Positions 58,085 to 64,000 of a stretch of 64,000 nt of DNA are shown here, in pieces (position 1 is the stretch's first letter; each line of letters begins with the position of its first letter). The notes under the pieces were generated by a model. The model did no database searches. It worked only from the letters and a program-made list of their open reading frames with translations, and was not told the DNA's origin. The translations under genes were made by a program, and so were the position numbers. The DNA is from Candidatus Bathyarchaeota archaeon (GTDB lineage: Archaea > Thermoproteota > Bathyarchaeia > Bathyarchaeales > Bathycorpusculaceae): the NCBI GenBank assembly GCA_963833575.1, contig CAWHXY010000007.1, positions 1-64,000 on the forward strand, in the 5' to 3' direction.

Positions 58085-59499
58085 CTAACTTTCGTTAACC
58101 GTGTTTTTTGGTTTACGCCGTCGCCGTTTGCTTGTTGATTTAAGTTTTTCATTTCTTCTAAATTTTATGTTAATTAATGCAATTATTGTCACTGCTAACG
58201 CAATAGATAGAACAATAACCAGCATGTTGTCAATATCTGTAATGTTGAATTGCCCCACTATAGATAAGGGGGTTCCTTGTGGTTTTTGTGGGCTCTGGGT
58301 AGGAGTTGACAGTGGAGTGGAATATGGAATAGGTGTTGGCGTTTGTGTAAAATAGGGGGTTGGTGTACCTATCGGGTTGTAAGGGGTGGGCGTTGGACTC
58401 GTGGAGGACGTTGGTGGCGGGGTTGGAACCACAATAGCGCCTGGAACAGATGGTGCATTGGGGTTTGATCGTGTTAGAAATGGAACGAAGTCTAAAGTAC
58501 CTAAGTTTGACGAGTTTTTGAAATCCCAAATTGTTTGGTTAATAGCTGCCACATCATTGGTTCCCCACCAGTTGTTAACCGCGTTAACGTCGGTTGCATT
58601 TTCTGTTAGATGAATATTTTGAGTATTATCCAAGATGCTATTTTGGGTGATTATCGATAGTGCGGTTGGTCCCCAAATGCCATAGTTGTTGTTTACAATA
58701 GTGTTGGCTTGGATGTTTCCATCTCCTCCGATTCCGCATATGTTATTGGCGATTGCATTGCTTTGGATTGTTGAGGCGGAACTGTTGCTGCGTATTCCGT
58801 CGTTGGCATTGTTCATTATTATGTTTTGTTCAATTGTTGTCTGTGTTAATGCATAAACGCCTGAAAAACAATTAATGATTGTATTGTTAGTTATAGTAGC
58901 GGTTCCTTGATTGTAGATTCCGTAATCTTGATCTTGACCTTTGATCACATTATTTATAATATAGGCTTGCCCCACGCTAACCGTAATACCGTTACAGGAT
59001 TGAAAATCTAAGACATTGTTTGATATTCCACAAGAACCTCCGTTGATAGTAATGGGTGTGGCAGATGCTGAGACAAAATAACTGTTACTTACTTGTGTGT
59101 AACCACCTTCAACAGTTATAGGAACCGAATTAATCGTGGCATTATCAATTATAGACCCAGTACTGCTAGGGGCAAAATCAATTCCCACAGTAGAATAGCC
59201 ATTGTTTGTAATTACTATTTGGTTATTGCTTGCACCTTGCGCTTTTAAAGTGCCAGCTATCGTTAGCTGGTACGCGTTAACATTAACTGTCACCCCAGGC
59301 TGAATCGTTAAAGTTGCACCACTAATTACAACTGTATCGGCCGAAAGTGAGTAAGTACTTCCTGTTGCCCAAGTTGATTGCCTATTGTTCCGCTGACATA
59401 AATAACTGCATGAACGTTTTCAACAAGCAGAAGCCCTCCAACCATAACTGCAATTATCAGAATTATGCATGCAAGCTTCCGCAAGTTCACACCCATCAT
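58085..59499 (-). pseudogene. Beta-helix surface protein split by one frameshift near 59375
   Basis: Signal-peptide ORF (..VSGTIGN) continues in another frame as TWATGSTYSLSADTVVISGATLTIQPGVTV into the 58085-59293 ORF (NNWWGT, PT-rich linker, TM). Confidence 0.72.
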
Positions 59500-59756
59500 A
59501 CAAGTTCTTGATTTAAAATTTAAGTTTTTCATGCTTTCCTTTGATTTTTAGTTAATGCTTCAGGTTGATCTGGCTAAACGGTGATACTTTGTTTAACAAC
59601 ACCTAAACATCGCATTGAGAGGAACAACAACTGCCTCTTTAAAAACGAACGTTTTGCAAGATATTGGTTAGATTTGACGCGATGAATCTACCTAACAAAT
59701 AGTCAATAGGTACTGACAAGTAAGGCTTAAAAAGTAATAAAAGAATAAGCACATTT

Positions 59757-60488
59757 ATGGCGGTTGACAATAATAAAGACCTCTCTAAGTATTGGGAAAA
59801 GACTGTTAAAGACGTGGAAACGGCACCTAAGTACAATTTCTTAGAGCTCCAACGTGAGCTTTATCATACGTGTAAACTGCAAGGATATGCCACCTCAGAA
59901 ATACAAGCATTTAGCTCTAAATGTTTTGAATTGGCACCAAATATTAACGAGGAAGAAAACAAGGCATTACTTAACAAAATTGGTCAGAAAATTTGGTTTA
60001 ATCTTTTAAACTCGTTAGAGGTAGTTGAGTTTCTTGATTCAACCAAGCTTACACCGAAGCAAAAGTCGCTTATCAGCCTCTATGTCTACCTGAACATGGT
60101 TGAAGGAGCCAGTTCTGTCTATGTTCAATTTATTGCTTTGATGCTTATTAAGAATGGAAGCAAACTATATGACCATTATAATAAGCGGATTGCCCAAACC
60201 TATGAAGACTTAGAGCGAATCAATTTAAGCTCAAAACTCAAGTTTTTGGTTGAAAATGGCTTAGGTTTTGCCGTTAAGCAAATTGATAGAAATCTCCGTA
60301 ATTGTATTGCACACCAAGATTTTATTATTTTCAATGATGGATCCGTTAAGAACCTAAAGACAGGAGAACCCATTGATATAGAAACAAAATTGCACTCTCT
60401 TTGTCTAACCAGTTCTTTAACTTCACTGGTGTTGAAGCAAACGTTCGATATTATATCACCAAGTACTGACAAGTCTCTTACTGCATAG
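59757..60488 (+). CDS. Putative HEPN-domain protein
   Basis: Helical protein with RNCIAH (Rx4H). Confidence 0.55.
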   Translation: MAVDNNKDLSKYWEKTVKDVETAPKYNFLELQRELYHTCKLQGYATSEIQAFSSKCFELAPNINEEENKALLNKIGQKIWFNLLNSLEVVEFLDSTKLTPKQKSLISLYVYLNMVEGASSVYVQFIALMLIKNGSKLYDHYNKRIAQTYEDLERINLSSKLKFLVENGLGFAVKQIDRNLRNCIAHQDFIIFNDGSVKNLKTGEPIDIETKLHSLCLTSSLTSLVLKQTFDIISPSTDKSLTA

Positions 60489-60811
60489 TCAGCTATGTTA
60501 ATTTCTTTAAGGGTGACATCTTTAGATTACCTGCGTTCCTAACTTTATCCATCTCAGTACAGGGTTGAACTTCTCCTTCTGGAGATTTTGGCACGGAATG
60601 TATTGAAACGCCTCCTCCCATGAAGATAACACCCGCATTCCCGATTTTTTCTGGAAACTACGAGTTAGTCTCCGGAAATAGATGTTTGGAATGAATAAAT
60701 ACAGCTTGCGAAGCCTTTCCCAACCAATTTCAGAAAGACTTGGACTGCCTTTTCCTTACTTTCCAAATTCTTAATACATTAACTAACTTCTAACTAAACT
60801 GGGAAGCAATA

Positions 60812-61675
60812 ATGGATAATTTGACGGAAGAAAAAGCAAAAGCATATGACAAATACGGGATAACGAAGGCTGAGATAGAAAAAGCCCTTGTCTTATTGAA
60901 AGATTTTAGAAGAAAATTTCCTTTTGCTGAGAATCCAGACTCAATCGATTCGTTGAAGCCTGATGACATTTTTAAAATTAATCCAGACGAGTTAGGAGAT
61001 TTCTTCCGTTATGTAGAGTTCTATCTCAGACCACTTGGGCATCTTACAATTCATGGCTCGACTGCATATCGGAATATTAGAATGCAAATTGAAGATTTCA
61101 AAGAACTGCTACACATAACAGTAGATAAGAAAAAATCGCTTGCTGAAAAAGTGGATGCTCATTGGGAAAAGATAAGCCGATTGGGACAAGACAAACAGAT
61201 TGCTAAAAAAATAATTTTTTGTTTCAATTATGAAAGCGGAGAAATTCTGCCGATTTTTAGTACTGCACATTTAAGGTATTTCGTTAAAAAAATTGTGGAT
61301 AAACCAAGCAATCCCAATAAGTATTATTCGCTCGGAGAAGAATATGCGTATTTAATATCTGAACTGTTGAGAGCCAAGGAAAACTCGACAATAACTAAAC
61401 CGTGGGAAATAAGTTATTTTTCCCGATTTTTATATAATGCTTACCCACCACCCGATCAAGATGAAGGTTCAACGAGCACGACCGAAAATGGTAAACCTCG
61501 AAATGTGGTGACCAAAGAAATGTTGTCGATGGGGGAATTCGCTAGATTACTTCAAGAGTTGCAAGCAAGAGGAAAGATTAGTGGTGAACAATTCAGGGAT
61601 TATCGCGCTCAATGGACAAGGCAACCAAACGATAGAGAAAGACTAATTCAACGACTAAGAGAACTCAATGTATGA
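60812..61675 (+). CDS. Hypothetical protein, possibly restriction/McrB-associated N-terminal-like domain
   Basis: KIIFCF...ILPIFSTAHLRYF segment recalls such domains; weak evidence for function. Confidence 0.55.
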   Translation: MDNLTEEKAKAYDKYGITKAEIEKALVLLKDFRRKFPFAENPDSIDSLKPDDIFKINPDELGDFFRYVEFYLRPLGHLTIHGSTAYRNIRMQIEDFKELLHITVDKKKSLAEKVDAHWEKISRLGQDKQIAKKIIFCFNYESGEILPIFSTAHLRYFVKKIVDKPSNPNKYYSLGEEYAYLISELLRAKENSTITKPWEISYFSRFLYNAYPPPDQDEGSTSTTENGKPRNVVTKEMLSMGEFARLLQELQARGKISGEQFRDYRAQWTRQPNDRERLIQRLRELNV

Positions 61676-61699
61676 AAATTCTGAAGATAAGGGTTTTCC

Positions 61700-61828
61700 A
61701 TGAAATGTAAGAATTGTGGCCATCTCATTTTGTTTGATAATGAAGTTGGGAAGAAGGATATCGTTTACAAACATAAACAATCTAACCATTCCATGTATTG
61801 TCCATGTAGGAAGCCTGAACCAACTTAG
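61700..61828 (+). CDS. 42-aa Cys/His-rich peptide (not in ORF track)
   Basis: MKCKNCGHLILFDNEVGKKDIVYKHKQSNHSMYCPCRKPEPT*. Confidence 0.5.
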   Translation: MKCKNCGHLILFDNEVGKKDIVYKHKQSNHSMYCPCRKPEPT

Positions 61829-61923
61829 TCTTGTTTTCTTTTTGAAAATTCGAGTTTAGTCTGTTAAAGCATCAACTATTAACTAAGTAAGTATGCAGAG
61901 AAAGACGTTTACTAATGATTTCA

Positions 61924-62244
61924 TTACGTTTTCTTTTCAGAAGTACTTTCATTAACCTCTATTTTGTAAGTTCCCGGAAACTTTCGTGGTGCAGCACTTA
62001 CTTTTTCTTCGATTTCAGGTTGGCAATCCCTGCAAAGCGGTTTATCGAAATTCCTAGGTGAAAATTTGAACTCTCCATAAGTTATTGCTTGTTTGCACTC
62101 GTTACAGAAGTATTGCTTTTCTGGTACGGCTGTTTTTTGGTGTTCAATACAAAGAGCTTTACTAAAGCGGTTCATTGAATATTGTTGAACTTGTTCACTT
62201 ATGACTTCTTTGCAAATGCTGCAATAGTGGCCCATAGATGTCAA
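61924..62244 (-). CDS. Tandem Zn-finger protein
   Basis: Two repeats: CSICK..IS.....YS...F.KALCIEHQ and CNECK..IT.....FS...F.KPLCRDCQ. Confidence 0.7.
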   Translation of the reverse strand: MTSMGHYCSICKEVISEQVQQYSMNRFSKALCIEHQKTAVPEKQYFCNECKQAITYGEFKFSPRNFDKPLCRDCQPEIEEKVSAAPRKFPGTYKIEVNESTSEKKT

Positions 62245-62410
62245 GCATTCACGTAAGTATTTTAGCTTTAGGTCGTCAACCTATGAGCTTGTTTTTTTCC
62301 CATCTTGAGAATTAATAAAAATCATTGCATTCACTGAAATATTAACTTCCTCTAAAATGAGGCATGCTTATATCATCATAGTTTGTCTAATATCGAAGAG
62401 AGATGTAACC

Positions 62411-63163
62411 ATGGTCTGCTCAATTGACATAAGCGAAAAACCAAAACTAAACGACCCGATCCTTATTGAAGGGTTACCTGGAATAGGGTTTGTAGCTAAT
62501 ATTGCAGCGCTGCATTTGATAAAAGAGTTAAAGGCTAAACGTTTTATTCAGATTTTCTCCTCTTCGTTCCAAGATTTTGCAGTAACAACTGAGAATGGCG
62601 GCGCCCTTTCGCCTATTAATGAACTCTATTATGTTAAGCGAGAGGAGGGTAAACATGATTTGATTATTTGGTTTGGAAACACTCAGGCCCTTACAACTGT
62701 TGGGCAATACGAATTAGTAGGTAAAGTTCTTGATTTGGCACAGGAATATGGTTGCAAATTCGTAATTTCCATTGGCGGCTTCAAGAAGGATGAGGCAGAG
62801 CAAGTACCGGCAGTTTACAGTACTGCTACAGACTTGGACACAATGCAGGAAGCTTTAGATTTAGGTACAAAAGTGATGGTTGGGCATGTTTTTGGAATCG
62901 CAGGTTTGTCAGTTGGATTGGCGAGAATCAGAGACCTGAAAGGCTTCTCCCTATTGGTTGATACACCCGGAATGAATCCAGACGTAAATGCCGCTCGTCA
63001 AGCATTGATCCTGCTTGACAAATACTTGAACATCCAAGTTGATTTAGCCACGATTGAAGACAGCAGCGTTGAAATCAAGAAAACTTTAGAATCTTTTGGA
63101 ATTATTAGGAGTATAACAGAAGAAAAGAAGAAAGAGGAGCAACAATTGCGTTGGTTTATTTAG
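62411..63163 (+). CDS. PAC2-family proteasome assembly chaperone
   Basis: LIEGLPGIGFVANIA, ISIGGF, GIAGL, PDVNAA. Confidence 0.88.
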   Translation: MVCSIDISEKPKLNDPILIEGLPGIGFVANIAALHLIKELKAKRFIQIFSSSFQDFAVTTENGGALSPINELYYVKREEGKHDLIIWFGNTQALTTVGQYELVGKVLDLAQEYGCKFVISIGGFKKDEAEQVPAVYSTATDLDTMQEALDLGTKVMVGHVFGIAGLSVGLARIRDLKGFSLLVDTPGMNPDVNAARQALILLDKYLNIQVDLATIEDSSVEIKKTLESFGIIRSITEEKKKEEQQLRWFI

Positions 63164-63582
63164 GGTTTTACTTCACTCATGAACGCTTGATAGACTTTCT
63201 GCACTCGGTCGGCTGCTGGACCTGAACCTTCAATAACGCCTTTTTCGGTTAGTTTGACTTTGTCCATGACCCAAATGAATCCTTGGTCTTCGTATAGTTT
63301 GACCATGGTTGGAAACACTTTTTCAAGTCTTGAAGCTAAAGATTTGAGGTCGAAAGGTTTTTCTGCGCTTGATATTTGAGCAACAACGTTTCCATTTAGA
63401 AATATTCGATGCAGCAATTTTCCAGTTTCATCTTTTGCATCAGCAATGCTTAGGCTCATAGTATCAGGGTTAATGCCAATTAGAGTGCCATTGAATGTTT
63501 TCCCAGTAGTTGTCACTACAGACACTGTTTTATCCGCCAACGCTGAGATTTCAGTGAAGTATTTTCTTTGCGCTACAGACAA
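63160..63582 (-). CDS. Lsm/SmAP3-type RNA-binding protein
   Basis: Sm fold (GKTFNGTLIG, IFLNG) plus C-terminal domain (PFDL, GSGPAADRV); TTG start after GGAG. Confidence 0.85.
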   Translation of the reverse strand: MSVAQRKYFTEISALADKTVSVVTTTGKTFNGTLIGINPDTMSLSIADAKDETGKLLHRIFLNGNVVAQISSAEKPFDLKSLASRLEKVFPTMVKLYEDQGFIWVMDKVKLTEKGVIEGSGPAADRVQKVYQAFMSEVKP

Positions 63583-63826
63583 CTTTATTTCTCCTTTAAG
63601 GTAACGAAATTGCACTACCAGTATTTATCTTTAGACGCTTCGCTGGCTACCATAATTAAAATACCGCAAAAACCGAAGTTTTTTAATGCAGGGAGGTGTA
63701 CTTTAATATTACATTCGGTTTTGCCTTTCTGCTTTTTTTGAGTTTTCACTTTCGCTATAGCCTCTACTGTTCTAAAATATCGGTTCAAAACCTACTTTAT
63801 ATTGCGTTTAAACCTCAAAAACAGTT

Positions 63827-64000
63827 ATGGTTGACTTAACTAGACCTTGTGATGCTTGCGGAAGAATGATTGGCGGTGCTGGCAAATAGTGCCCTAAATG
63901 TAAAGTTTACTTCTGCAATGTTCGCGCTTGGCAATTAATGAATAAGCAAAATAAATTTCCAGTTGTTTGCCCTATATGTGGTGATAAACTTGAGTTTCCT
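63827..64000 (+). pseudogene. Small Zn-finger ORF interrupted by in-frame TAG, runs off window end
   Basis: MVDLTRPCDACGRMIGGAGK*CPKCKVYFCNVR...CPICGDKLEFP; TAG at 63887-63889. Confidence 0.6.

Noticed and set aside
20399-58613. Many short antisense ORFs in the track (e.g. 20399, 37504, 38854, 40781, 50142)
   Set aside because: Shadows of well-supported genes on the opposite strand.
60520-60755. About 75-codon open frame on the minus strand between the HEPN-like gene and 60812
   Set aside because: No convincing start codon and no family I can recognise; may be a gene remnant.

Overview
Archaeal genomic window, most likely Bathyarchaeia (inferred from tgtA, class I CCA enzyme, SmAP3-type Lsm, archaemetzincin and frequent TTG starts). 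1-6.7 kb is the tail-gene end of a tailed provirus. A PIN/UPF0175-type toxin-antitoxin pair follows. 7.8-16.1 kb is an AT-rich array of about 10 mostly unrelated membrane/secreted-protein genes whose junctions carry recurring 20-55 bp DNA motifs. 16.2-20.2 kb is a small-gene module ending in a tyrosine recombinase. The rest is mainly housekeeping: glmU/glmM, a type IV pilus-like locus, class II HMG-CoA reductase, thpR-cca, presenilin-like protease, archaemetzincin, tgtA, PAC2 and Lsm. Two small variable regions interrupt it (47.5-49.7 kb and 57-62.3 kb). Best leads: (1) a candidate gene-cassette/junction-motif system next to the recombinase; (2) two arrays with exact 10-bp periodicity, each upstream of an AbrB/MraZ-like gene or its pseudogene. 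No tRNA, rRNA or CRISPR array was recognised. All product calls come from motif recognition by eye, not database searches.
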